Assembly (NCBI RefSeq): GCF_016433145.1
Contig: NC_058131.1
Location: 402,493,933 to 402,557,932, forward strand
Direction: 5' to 3'
DNA: 64,000 bases
Origin: Gracilinanus agilis
Taxonomy: Eukaryota
How positions within the stretch are numbered: position 1 is the first letter of the stretch; every line of letters starts with the position of its first letter. Both the position numbers and the translations under genes were made by a program. This document shows, one piece after another, positions 22,158 through 34,800 of the stretch. A model generated the notes under the pieces. It saw only the letters and a program-made list of their open reading frames with translations, made no database searches and was not told where the DNA came from.

Positions 22158-23631
22158 TTTTCATGCTTTAGATCTTAATCTCACCCATATTTGGGTCCCC
22201 TCCAAGATCTTCAACCACTATATCCTCTAATAATAACCTCCTGTCTTATCTCTCCCTCTGTTGGATTCTTCCTAAACCTATTTTTTATATTCACTTTGAT
22301 CTACAAATCCTACCCCAAGTCTGTTCTACTCTAGTCTCACTTTTCTCCCTTCCCAGGTTGAATGGTAGTTGACCAGTCTAGCCAAATCTTGTTCGCTACC
22401 CAAAATCCTTTGCTCCCTTGACCTAGGTCCATTCAGGCCTGTTAATATCTTCTATCCTGAGATCACCTCATTATCTGCAGCCCACTGGGTCCACATTCAT
22501 GGTATCTAAACTAGCTTTGTCATTTCATTTTTTTACTTTTTTGTAATCCTTTTACTCTTCCTGGAGTGTCTCTATGTCCCTCTCAGAGTTAATGCAAATT
22601 TCATCTTTCTTCAAGTCTCTTATTTCTCTCTCAGCAGGACTTCAATTCTTTTCTAACTGAAGAAAAAAAGCAAAAATCCAACCAATCAAACAAGAACCTC
22701 TCATCTTTCTTATTCCAAGCTTCCTCCCGTTTTTGAATAATAACAGCTCATATGTATAACAGCTCTAAAGGTTTACAAAGTGCTTTACACACATTTTTTC
22801 ATTTTATACTTAACAATCCTGTGAGGTCAGTGCTACTATTATCCTTTTTATAGATGAAGAAAGTGAGTCGGAGAGAAAGTAAGTAACTTAGCTATAGTCA
22901 GACACCTAGTGAATGTCTTCTCTCCTTGCACCATGCATGAGACAGCCTACCTTTGGGCCAACGAGTATCTCTAGAATAGCTAGGTAGAGGCTGCTAGGGG
23001 ACAAAGGACAGAGCACTGAGTTTTGAGTCAGGAAGATCTGGGTTCAAATTTGACCTTCCATAATTCTTGTGACACTGGGAAAGTCACTTAAACCTATCTG
23101 CCTCAGTTTCCTCAACTGTAAAGTGAGGAGAGTAACAGTACAACATAGGTTATTGTGAAGATTAAATGAGATATTGGTAAAGTACTTAGCACAGTGCATG
23201 AGGCATAGCAGTTCTTGTTCCCTATCCCACCTTACCCCAATACAGATGTTTGATTTACATATCTAGCCCTCATTTTTCTTCTGAGCCCAAGTCCCATACC
23301 TGACAGGCATTTCCATCTAGTTTGAACCAGAGGAATCTCAGAATCAACATGGCTAAAACTGAACTTATTTATCTTTTCCTAATATCTGGTGAGAGCATTG
23401 CCCTTCAAGTCCCAGGTATACAATCTCAGCCACAATTAACTCTTCACTCTCTCTCTCCTCCATATTAATCACTCTCTGGCCAATTCTTTCACTGTCTTGC
23501 CTCTGGTCCCTTTCTCTATTCTCACTTGGTCATCAGCTTAGTTCAGGCCTTATCACCTTACTATTGCAGTAGCTTCTTAATTAGACCACTTGTCTCCAGT
23601 GTCCTCTCATCCTTCCTTTAAACAGCAGTCA

Positions 23632-23636
<5 letters not shown>

Positions 23637-23663
<27 letters not shown>

Positions 23664-23975
23664 ATCTCTTTGGGATACAGTTCTAGTTGAGGTATTTCTG
23701 GGATATGCAGTTTTATAGCCCTTTGGGTATAGTTTCAAATTGTTCTCCAGAATGGTTGGATTAGTTCACAATCCCACCTATATACATCAGTCTCAATTTC
23801 CCACATCCCCTCCAAAATTGATCATTTTCCTTTTCAGTCATATTAGCCATACTGATAGGTATGAGGTAGTACCCTCAGTTGTCTTAATTTGGATTTCTCT
23901 AATCAATAGTGATTTAGAACAACTTTTCATAGGACGATAGATACCTTTGATTTCTTCATCTGAAAACTGCCTTTT
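23637..23975 (-). mobile_element. (CA)n microsatellite followed by a LINE-1 ORF2 fragment
   Basis: (CA) run at about 23637-23662, then TTGTTCTCCAGAATGGTTGGATTAGTTCACAA, the reverse complement of the L1 ORF2 CWW region. Confidence 0.75.
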
Positions 23976-23997
23976 ATCACCAAACTGAAATATATAT

Positions 23998-24412
23998 ATT
24001 TTAAACCCTTACCTTCCATCTTAAAATCAATATCGTATTTAAGTTCCAAAGCAAAAGAGCAGTAGGACTAGACAATGGGGGTTAAGGGACTTGCCCAGAG
24101 TCACACAGCTGGGAAGTGTCTGAGGCCATATTTGAACTCAGGACCTCCCATTCCTAGGTCTGGCTCTCAATCCACTGAGTCACCCAGCTGTCCCCACTAA
24201 ACTGATACTTTTTTTTTTTAAACCCTTACTTTATGTCTTAGAGTCAATACTGTGTATTGTTTCCAAGGTAGAAGAGTGGTAAGGGTAGGCAATGGGGGTC
24301 AAGTGACTTGCTCAGGGTCACACAACTTGGAAGTGTCTGAGGTCAGATTTGAACCTAGGACCTCCTGTCTCTAGGCCTGGCTCTCAATCCACTGAGCTAC
24401 CCAGCTGCCCCC
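23998..24412 (-). mobile_element. Two tandem opossum-type SINEs
   Basis: Copies at about 23998-24196 and 24208-24412, both reverse complement of the consensus. Confidence 0.85.
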
Positions 24413-25987
24413 TAAACTGATATTCTTAAAGCACATTATTATTATTATTATTATTTTTTGTTTAAGAAACATTGGTGCCTCCTTCTTTCCTAAGGACAAA
24501 TACCAACTCCTTTGGCACTTAAAGTTCCATACAACTTGATTCCAGTTTATAGTTCCAGCCTGATTTCCTATTACTTCCTAGTATGTACCTTACATTCCAG
24601 CCAAACTGGCTTCCTTGCTATTCCCTGCAAAACATTTCATTTCCTGCCTGCATGTCTTTGAAAAAGGTGTGGGCCCTGCCTGAAATGCTTATCCTCCTTA
24701 CCTCTACCTCTCGGAGTTCTACTTTCCTTCAAGGAGAAGTTACTTCAGATGTGTACTTGCTGCAGCCACCAATGGAACGTGAGACCCTTAAGGAAAGGGA
24801 CAATTTGTATCTTTGATTCTCTAAGTGCCTCGAAAATTATTTTTTGGTCTATACTTTTAATTTCTCTGGTACAGGGAATTCCGGTGAGTAAACTTCCTGT
24901 ACCAAAGCAAAATGGCATCCTATAACTGAGGCAGCCAGATGCTTAATATTCACTGACAGATACTTAATTGAAAATGAAAAATAGGTCATGGTTAGGGAAC
25001 AGGGAATTTTCTGTAAAGGGGGTAGAAGATATGAGAAATGATGTGGAAGTGTCATGAAAAAGTTAAACAAGTGACTATCAGGGAGATGGAGATGAGAGAA
25101 CAGACAATTTTGAGGTTACAATTCTCTTACTGGGAAGTCGGCAATTCCCTCAAAGAGAAATGTGGAAAAAATGAAAGTGCTGGTTGTAGGGGTGAGCATG
25201 GCAGCAGTCAAGATAATCAGCTATTTTAGACATTCTGAATCTGCAGTGTCAACTAGATATCCAGGAGCGGTTTGGCAGATAAATGGAAAAAAATACTATT
25301 AGCACTTGAGAGATTAGGGATCTAGAGATATAGATTTTTGGGAATCTTATGCAAAAAGATAATTGAACCCATGAGAACTGAAGAATTTGACAAGGGAGAA
25401 AGTGTAGAGAGGAGGGTCTTGGGATAATATATATCCATGTTAAAAAAGCCAGGAGATGGATGATGATTCAGCTAAGGAACATGGACAGAAGCCAATGGAT
25501 TACCCAGGAGATGAATATCAACAATATTAAAAGTGACAGAAAGATCAGAGGCCTAGAATAGGGAAAAGGGCATTTAATTCAGTCATTAAGTGACTGGCAA
25601 TTTCTGAGGCAATTGTTTCATAGCAGGTGACTAGAGTCAGAAGCCATATTGCAGTGGGTTGAGGAGAATGAGGGGTAAATTAAGCTGTTGGAAATTTTAA
25701 GTTTGGGGTTTCTTCCCCCCCCCCCACTGGAATATATTGCAACGAAAGGGCCTGGGTTTGGACTTCTGCTCTACTTCCTCATTCTTGTTTTAGAATTCAA
25801 TGAAAACACAAATCATTCTGGCCTCATGGAGACTATAACATGGCACCAACATTAACCTACCTCTTAAGGTGTATGTGAGACTCTCCAGGCTCAACTTGGC
25901 ATCAAAGAGCTCAATTAACACCAGGGGTTTACAGAGGACACAACACATCATGGAAGGTGGTAGGGAAATCCCTACTTCCAGAAACAC

Positions 25988-25993
25988 TTTATT
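25988..25993 (-). terminator. Probable SLC35A4 polyadenylation signal
   Basis: AATAAA on the minus strand, about 1.4 kb after the SLC35A4 stop. Confidence 0.55.
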
Positions 25994-27375
25994 GAGACCT
26001 TATTGCTTATGCAGTTAAGGAAACACTGATTGACCTACGGAAAAATCCCACATGCCCTAGTCTAAGTTACCCCTGTAAAGGAGTCTCCTTCTTATTAGGA
26101 AGTTAAGGGTATATCTCAGAAAATGTGGCCAGACTGAGACTCTAAGAACAGAATATTTTCTGGCAGAAGCAGAGTCCAGAAGGAGTGTAGAGGAGCAACA
26201 GAGCTGATGAGAACTCTCCAAACTGTATCAAAAAGGTGGAGGCCATAAGAGAGGAGGGCATTAGCATTCCTTGTGAACCTGTGAAGGCTCAGCCCTAGTT
26301 CAATTAAGGAGACTCAGTCTTGACTCTGAAAGAGTAGCAACAAGGAGGGGAGCAGTTGAATTTCTCCTATGAAGTGCTAGAGCTGGAAGGGAATGGGTAA
26401 GGTTGGGGTAGAGGGGAGGCTGGTAACACTGCCAGACAACATGGACCCTAGTACTGACAGAACCTTCCTGGAAAATTTGAGATGGGGCACAGGAGGAGGT
26501 CAAAGTTGTTTACAACATTTTGGCTTTTTGGTGCACTGCTATGGGGGCTGAGAGAATAAAGAGGAAACAGACTTAGAATAAGCCAGTTAATAGGCTAGAA
26601 AAAAAACATACTGGACAAGCAAGCATTACCTATGAGGACAAGGAAGAGCCTCAGCACTCAATATAGGAAAAGGCTCTCTCTGCCTTCTACTCAGACTAGT
26701 TTCCAGAGACCACATCTTAGCAATCCAGGTCAGAGTTTAAATTATCATGGCAGGAGGGATGGAGTGGAAAAGAGAGGTGGCTCAATGATCAGAAGTCAGG
26801 GATGACAGCAGAAAAACAGCTAGGTCTCAGACCTTCCAGGCAGTAGTTGATAGAAGCAGGATCCATTTCCCCAATACACAATGATGGGAACAGAAGGGTA
26901 ATGTCAGAACTTAGGGGACAAACTTGAGCTAACAATTGTGTTTCCTTGGCAAAAACTCAATTCTGCTTCAGGCCTCCATGGGTTCCCCTCAACTTCTACC
27001 AGGGGCTTCCCTGGGCCTGATTGCAGCTCTCTCCTCTCAAAGGCACTTCTATCAGGGATTCTGGCTGGGAACAGTATGAGGAAATAGGCTGAAGCTACTA
27101 GGCTTGGGAAAGAAGAGGTGTAATGATTTAGGTGGGGCAGCAGATAGGCTAGAAAGAGGTTAAGATCAGTGAAAAGGGCAGTCTAGAACTACCCCTAAGG
27201 AAAACCTCCAACATCCTTGATGGACCTTCCATCTCTGTTCAAGGAAGAAGAAAAGCACCTTCTCCAAGAGGTGAGTCCTTGGTCACTAGAAAGGACAATG
27301 TTGACTGAAGCAACACCAAGCCAGCATTAATAGCACTGGAGAGCAAAATGGCTCCAGAGGGCAGGTCCTCTGGCT

Positions 27376-28338
27376 CTACCGGCCTCCATAGTAGAGATGT
27401 ACAGCCAGACCAATAAGCAGGAGAGCCAAGAAGAAGGCAGCCGTGAGCTGGAGGTGAAGCAGGGTGGCTGAGAGCACAGCATTGACAATCAGTGAAGAGG
27501 AGACGACAAAGAGACGGGTGATACTGCTCCCATGCTTCATGATGGCTGACATAAGCAATCCATTAAGGGCCTGACTCAGAACCACCAGCCCTGCCCAGGC
27601 TGAGAAACCCTCTAGGAGCCCAGGGCCTGGCCCACCTCCCACATAGAGCCCCAAGTTCATAAGTACCCCAAAGGAGTACAAAAACAGGTTCTGCAAAGCC
27701 AAGGGCAGACGCTGCCTCTTCATGAGCAGCTCAGTGTAGACTGAGGAGAGGCCAGAGATGAGGCAGTAAAGCAAGAGCAGCAACAGACCCAGGGGAGTCA
27801 CATGGAGGGGCATGGCTGCTGCTGGGGATGGTGGGAGGAGGCCCTGCGGATCCTGGAGGCCTGCAGCAGCATAGCAGGCTCCAGCACCAGTCAGTAGCAG
27901 AAGTGCCAGCCCCTGCCTGGCAGAAAGACGGCGATTCAGGCAGAGGCAGTAAAGGAGAGCTGTGCTGCCAATTTTGAGGTTGCTCATCACTTGGTAGGTG
28001 CTTGGGTCCATGTACCGCTGCAGGTGAATGACGAGGTTGTTGTTGGCACCATAGAGCAGTGCAGAAAGTGCAAAAGGGGCAGCCTGGCGCCAAGGCAGAG
28101 TGTCCCATAGTCTTGGCTGCCTCCTGGCCATCAAAGAGAATGCAGATAGCAGTAATTTGGTCAGTTCGGTCCAAAGCACAGCTGAAGAGGGACGGAAGGG
28201 GACATGGCCATCTATTCGACACAAGGCCAGCAGTGGGGCATGGGCACCATACATGGTTGTGGACAAGAGGAGCATAAGCACCCATCGGGCCTGGCTCGGG
28301 CGCCCTATGCCCGGTATGCCCCCTTCCTCCACATTCAT
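27376..28338 (-). CDS. SLC35A4: Probable UDP-sugar transporter SLC35A4, main ORF (320 aa, single exon)
   Basis: MNVEEGGIPGIGRPSQARWVLMLLLST...PFRPSSAV..TELTKLLL...DPSTYQVMSNLKIGSTA... is a multi-TM nucleotide-sugar transporter. The ORF track starts at GTG 28344; the first ATG is 28338. Confidence 0.97.
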   Translation of the reverse strand: MNVEEGGIPGIGRPSQARWVLMLLLSTTMYGAHAPLLALCRIDGHVPFRPSSAVLWTELTKLLLSAFSLMARRQPRLWDTLPWRQAAPFALSALLYGANNNLVIHLQRYMDPSTYQVMSNLKIGSTALLYCLCLNRRLSARQGLALLLLTGAGACYAAAGLQDPQGLLPPSPAAAMPLHVTPLGLLLLLLYCLISGLSSVYTELLMKRQRLPLALQNLFLYSFGVLMNLGLYVGGGPGPGLLEGFSAWAGLVVLSQALNGLLMSAIMKHGSSITRLFVVSSSLIVNAVLSATLLHLQLTAAFFLALLLIGLAVHLYYGGR

Positions 28339-28883
28339 CCCCACTCTACCAACTGAGGCCTTAGGTGGGTAAGTAATGGCAAAAGTAAGAGTGGGGGGAA
28401 AGTTTATAGTCCATCAAGTAAAACTGAATGATGGAGCCAGCTCCTAGGAAGGCAAATTCTAGATACATTATCAAATTAACAAGAAACTAGGTAGGCTATA
28501 GGTTAGAGCCATAAGTAGAGGAAATAGGGACTTATCTACCCCTTCCTTAAAAAAAAAAGAAAGAAGCAAAGAAGGAAAGAAAGAAGGAAAAAGAAAGAAA
28601 GAAAAAAGAGAGAGACAATACTCTAGAAGCACAGATGCTGGAAGACAAAAAGAAGGATATGGGTAGAAGACAGGGAGAAAACATCTGTGGTCTAGAATAG
28701 CTGAGGCAACTGAAAATAAGTAGCTAGGGAGGTTAGAGATGGGGCAAGACAGCTAGCCTTCCTTGATGACCCTATATAGTCAGTCCTGCTGCCTATCCAT
28801 GCTGACCCAGATTCCAAGGCTTGTCCTCAGAGGGCAGTGGGTTTTCCTGAGGAGGCTTTGGAGGGAAGACTGCTGAGAGTGTA

Positions 28884-31215
28884 CTAGTCAGGTCCCTTAC
28901 GCAGGGCCCGGAGATAATCCTTCAAGGTCTTCTCGACATTGGGTACTGCATAGGACTGTGCTGCATAGATGCCGGTGCATGCACCAATTGCGAAACCCAT
29001 CACCGCTGATGCCCTCAACTTGGCTACGACATAGCCGGCCAGGAAGCCCTTGAGAAAAGGAGATGACAGGAACGATCCTTCCTGCAAGAAAGCCAGTCAG
29101 ATAGCATTGAAAACATGGAGTAAAACTCAAATTGGGATACATGCCTTAGCAACAAGCCTGAGAAAGGCCCTCTTTCCCTCTTCTGTCAGGAGCTTTCTAA
29201 GTAGAGCCTAGTCCCAAACTACCCCTGAATTCCAGGTATAGAAACTGAAGTATACAGAGATATTTTCTCAAGTTTGTTTGGCTGGAAAACCTAGAAAGAA
29301 TCCTAGCCAACCCCCACCAGTCTAATCATTTAAGCCTCTGCCATTTAGTAATTTAACCTCATGTCACCATCGACTTTCTATAACTTATGTGGCTCCTGCC
29401 TATATTCCACTACAAAACTGTAGCAAACATAATTAGTATATAGGATGTGGCCACCAAAGGGAGGGAGAATGTGACTTAGAAATGAACCAAACATCAGAGA
29501 TATTAAGCCCACTACTAAGTGACATTAGGTGGGGACTATTTGGGTATATTTATGCCTTTATGCCAACTTTGCCAATTACCTGTTCCACACCTGTCTTGAC
29601 CTCCTCTTCTAGTCGTCGTTGTAGATGTTCCAGCTGATTTTTTAGGAAAGCCAGGTCTTTCACCTTTGGCATCGAGTCCTATGGCAGGGGAGAAGCTTTC
29701 TACTTACAGTCTGACCAAGTCAACTGAACCCTGTCCCCCCATCCTCCCTTCAATGGCTGTCTAGGATCAAGAGGAAACAGGAAGAACCAAAGAAATAGTA
29801 AATCATGATTTTCCTAATATATTCCATTTGCTTTCTAAGGCAAGGTGTATTCCACTTTCTGGGTCACTCTTTCACTGTCCTCACCTTGGTCTAACATTGT
29901 CAGTTCCAAAGATTATTACTGGGAAAAAGGGATGTCCCAAAGGCAGGAGCCTCAAACCATTATCCACAAGGGATTCCCTTTTGAAATAGTATATACAATT
30001 TTATTTTCCATACAAATTACTCAATATTTCAGCCTTTCCATAGATAGATGAAAAACTGGACTTAGTATATAGGTCAAATTGAGAATTCTTTCTTGACTAA
30101 ATTCTTTGGCTCTAAACTTGATATTTTTTCTTTCCAGCATTAAGAGCAAATATTGTCATTGAGTACTATCTTAAGGAGAGTGAGACTTAGTAGCATAGGG
30201 GATTTAACATTCCTTGGGACAATAGGCTCTAGGGGATTTGGATCAGATGAAAGCTATCCCTGGTCTGGGTAAATCTGTTCCCCTAAAGCCAAATATTTCC
30301 CAGAATAGTTTAAACTGAGCTTGAAGCTAAGGAGGACATGATGGGAAGCTGAGTTGGCTCCCCTGGGAGTCTAAAAACCCTCTAACAATTACATCCCAAA
30401 GTGAAATAATGGGTTACTTCAGAATACCAGTGAGTACATACCCTCTCCCCCATCACTAGACATGTCTTCAGGACTGGAAGCATTTATTTACTTGCCAAAG
30501 ATGTAAAAGGGATTTCTGCTCATGAATGAGATGGACTAAATTGTTCTACCAACTCTTGAGTCTCCAAAAGTTTTCCTAGGGTTGATGGTACACGGTTTCC
30601 CCATGCCATTGCATCAAACATTTAAGGGTCCATTTTGTTTAAAACATCATAAGCCATGATACTGACAAGAGGATTGGAAGAAGAAACACTTATTTCCTCG
30701 GTAAAGAGTACTCGGCAACTCACTACCATTTCAGGCAGAAGTTTTAACCTGGGCCATGGAACAGGGTACCTGAGACAGCTGGAATGGGGGTCACAAATTA
30801 TTTTCATGCAGGAGAACACTGGCGGGAGATCAGAGAAACTAGGCTGACACATTAAACCCGACCGGCCATTTCTCCTCATTCAAATCCTTCTGAAAAGGCA
30901 GAATGCCTAAAGAAGTGTTCTTAAATATCAGATAATTTAGCCTCTCCCTTTACAGACTAGGAAACCAAAGCCCAGAGAGAGGAAGTGATTACCCTAAGGC
31001 CACACAGCAAGTTTAAATGTCAGCGCTAGAATCAGAAGTTAGGTGTCCTGGACGCCTAGCTTACATCTCTTTCTACGGGGCTGAGTTTATAAAGTTGAGA
31101 CAACTGGCTCGAAACCTCAGATAGTCTTTCTGGGGGTTGGGATTTGGGGGAGAAAGAATATCTCGCCTCCCTTCTGCCCCACGCTTGCATGGACACTCAC
31201 CTTGTCATCCGCCAT
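28884..31215 (-). CDS. SLC35A4 upstream-ORF microprotein (103 aa; exons 31215-31201, 29678-29580, 29081-28884)
   Basis: Spliced translation MADDK|DSMPKVKDLAFLKNQLEHLQRRLEEEVKTGVEQ|EGSFLSSPFLKGFLAGYVVAKLRASAVMGFAIGACTGIYAAQSYAVPNVEKTLKDYLRALRKGPD*. Canonical donors (GTGAGT, GTAATT) and acceptors; matches the human SLC35A4 uORF peptide as I recall it. Confidence 0.93.
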
Positions 31216-31850
31216 CTTCCCCGGGCGCGTTCAGTACGCAGCCGCGGCCACACCCCCACGCTTCGCGACTTCCGGGGACGCCTGGTGAGGCGAGGCCGCG
31301 TGATGTCGAGTTTTTGTCTAATGCCCAAATACGGCATCCTAACGTAGGTGTGCAAGAGTGCTAGCTGGGGGTGAGTGTGAGGTGTGCTTGCTAGGGAAAT
31401 GTGTGTGTGTCTAGGCTGTGGGATCGACCTGGGAACCCGTTAGGCTCTGCATGGGTGTGTGCCACGCTTCGTGCCAGGTCCCCACCCTGCTAGAAGGGAT
31501 GAGCTCATAGTGGCTCAAAGGCAGGTGTCAGAAGTTCCGACTAGGTTCGCGTGCACGCCGTGACACACGTAGGCACGTGTCTGTGCAGCCAACTCCCCCT
31601 CCCCCCGCGCCTGCGTATTTGCGTGCCCGCGGACGCAGCACTCCTGTGCCACTGAGCTCACCGTGACCCGAACCGGGCCCGACTCCGCCCCGTGTTTGTG
31701 TAGCTCGGGCTCGGCTCACTGGCGCAGAAGGGGCCGGGCTTGTAGGAGCCGCATCCCTGAAGTCAGGCTGGGAGGACGGGCCGGGGCCATGCTGGGCAAG
31801 GACTACATGTTAGCTATCATCTTGGTCAACTGCGACGGTGCGTGAGGGTC
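31180..31850. promoter_or_regulatory. CpG-rich bidirectional promoter for SLC35A4 (-) and APBB3 (+)
   Basis: Dense CpGs, GC boxes and E-box CACGTG (about 31574). The divergent start codons are at 31215 and 31789. Confidence 0.8.
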
Positions 31851-34800
31851 CAGGGTGGGGTGGGCGACCCAGGAGATCTGGGGAGAGCGGGAGACTAGAG
31901 AGCTAGGGATGGTGGGGAGGGGAGGGTGGCAGAGAAGTGATTGGAAGAGACAGGGGCCGAAGGATCCATGCGGGACCCAGTAGGACCAGATGCCCAGAAA
32001 GAGGGACGGGGGCTGTGAAGGGCTTGGATCAGGAGACAGTGAGATGCTGCATCCTTGAACTGAAGAGGGAGCAACTGAGGGAAACCAGAGACTATCATTC
32101 CAGATGTAGCTGTAGCTGCAGAGCCCTGGTTTGTATTTCAAACTCAGCTTACCGCACAGCCGTCGTGCCTCTTCCCATCTCAGACATATGTACAACCCAA
32201 AGAAAGAAATTTTGCTAGGATCGGGGACCAAAGAGAGGAGGAAGCTTGGGGGAAGATGTAGCTAAAGGATCTTTCACTCTTTTTTGTGTCGTGGACCTGT
32301 TTGGCAGTCTGGTGAAACCTATGGACCTCTTCTCAGAATAATGTTTTTAAATACATAAAGTAGAATACATAGGATTTCCAAAGAAAGCCAATTATATTTA
32401 AACGAAGTTATAAAATTAAGGAATAATTCACAAATCTTATAAGGGTCAAGAAGGTATGGGACTTGGAAAGGAGTCCCTTGCTAATTAGTTGTGTGACTCA
32501 ATGTGAATCACTTGATCCCTTTGGGCCTCATTTTTCTTCATCTGCAAAATGAGAGAGTTGGTTGAGATGATCTCTAAGGCCCATTCTGGCTCCATTTGAC
32601 CCTAGTGGCTGGGGCTGAATATGTCTGAATACTCTAGGGCTCACTCTCTTGATCATGGTGCTCTTACAGATGACTTATGGGGTGACCAGAGCCTAGAGGG
32701 AGAGCCAGGGTTACCTCCTGGGTGGCGGAAGATCCATGATGCTGCTGGCACTTATTACTGGCATGTACCCAGTGGCAGTACTCAATGGCAGCGCCCAGTC
32801 TGGGAACCTGGGGATTCTATACCACCTGATTCGGTATGTGGGTGTTGGAGAGAGAATGGTGATGTCTGGTGGGGTTGGAGGGGATAGTAATCCTCCTGGT
32901 AGGATCCCTGATCTCTTACACATTTGACTTTAAGTTGATATACCCCCCCTTCTCTATAGGGCACAGAAGGGTCTTGGGGATTACGACCCCCTAAAGGGAG
33001 ATCCTTCTCTAGCCTGGAAAGCTCACTGGACCGAAGGTAATCAGGATGGGGATGTGAATCTCATTGTCTGCTGAACCCCCCACCAGGAGGCAGGGAGGGA
33101 GAGGGCAGTTGGATAATCTGACTTGTGGCTGGATGACCAAAGTCAATCATCTGGGTCATTGGCTACCATTTTAGAATTATATCTCCTGTTCTGGGCTCTT
33201 TGGGTTCTGAGTGAGTTGGTGCCACTCCTTATGGGGAGCCTCCTCTCACTAGCCCTGCTCTGTTTCAGGACTTCTCTACCCTGGTGTGGGGAAGAAGCCT
33301 ACATCCGAAACATGGAACCAGGCTCCAAGGTAGAGGGTGGTGGGTACCAGTGCCTACTTTTGAGCATCAGGGATCATTTGGGAATGTTGAAGCAGGCATT
33401 AATGGGCTCTTAGAATTGGAGCCTGGACCAGAAAGATCTCAGGACATGGGGTGGTAGGGAAAGGTCATGGGAATATGTATCTTTAGGTACAAAGGGGATC
33501 ACGGCCTGTATTTCTAGAGCCAAGTGGTAATCATGGGTTATATTATGCCCCCTCCTTTCATAGGGGATGATGGGCTTATTGATAGGATGATGCTAGTAAT
33601 AGCTGTGTGCTCATGGGCCAGGTCATTTAACCTCTCTGAACTTTAGTTTTCTCACTTGTAAAATAGAGGCTTGTACTATCTTCCTTATGGTGTTGTGAGG
33701 CAAGTACTTTGTAAAATATCTACCTACACCCTGTATAAATGTATCTGTAGAGGAATATCTTGACCGTATTGCACTTCATCCCTACAATTCCTAACCCCCC
33801 TCTCCCCCAAATAACTTTCTTCCACCTGGCCCTACTATCTGTCAGTGCTTTGCAGTACGATCTCTGGGCTGGGTAGAGGTGCCTGAGGAGGACTTGGCAC
33901 CAGGAAAGAGCAGCATTGCCGTCAATAACTGCATTCAACAGTTGGCACAGAGCCGGGGTCAAAGCCGTCCACCTGCTAGGGCCTGGGGTGAGGTGAGCCT
34001 ACCTGTTGGCTGTTTGGACCCTTATTATTCTCTCTCAATTTCCCTCCCCTGTGGCTTGGGTTAGAAAGACTCAGAGGCTGGATAGGAATGATCAGTATCT
34101 CTGGTCAGTCCCAGCCATAGACCTTCAAACTTAGAGGTAGGCACACTAGGTTTTTTGAAGTCTAACAACTTGGATTCTGTGTAATCGTGGACAAAGGCTT
34201 CCCTATTCTGATACTCATTTGAACCAGATCACTTCTAAAGTCCCTTTTAGCTTTTCTAGGGGCATATAGAACTTTCTGACCCCCCCCCCCCCACCTCTGT
34301 CCCCCATCTCCAAGACTTGGGATCTGGCTCTTTAGACTCAGCTTCCTGCCCTGTTTTCCAAGAAGCCATTCTCAGCCACAATATCACCTTCGAACCACCT
34401 ATAGGTCATTCATTACTCATGAGAACCCTCTTTTGTCTGTTCTCTAACTCCCCTGGGGAATCTGTAGGGTCAGAACATGTTGATGATTCTGAAGAAGGAC
34501 ACAATGAGTCTGGTGAATCCCCTGGACCACAGCTTAATCCACTGTCAGCCACTTGTGCACATCCGAGTCTGGGGTGTGGGCAGCACCAATGGCCGGTGAG
34601 AAATTCCTGGACAACTGATTTTCCTGAAGATTCACATGCCCCCTCCCCCAGGGGTGATTTCTCTGACATTAAATCCCCATGGACATGGATCCCCTGACCT
34701 TGCTGAGCTGGACCTTGATTCTGGATCCCTTCCAGACCCTGGTCCTCTGACCTTGCAGTGCTGGACCTTGGTCCCAGATCTCTCCTAGATTTGACCCTGA

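Noticed and set aside
30622-30879. ORFs in SLC35A4 intron 1 as the source of the uORF N-terminus
   Set aside because: The true MADDK exon is at 31215-31201; these ORFs show no homology or coherent splicing.
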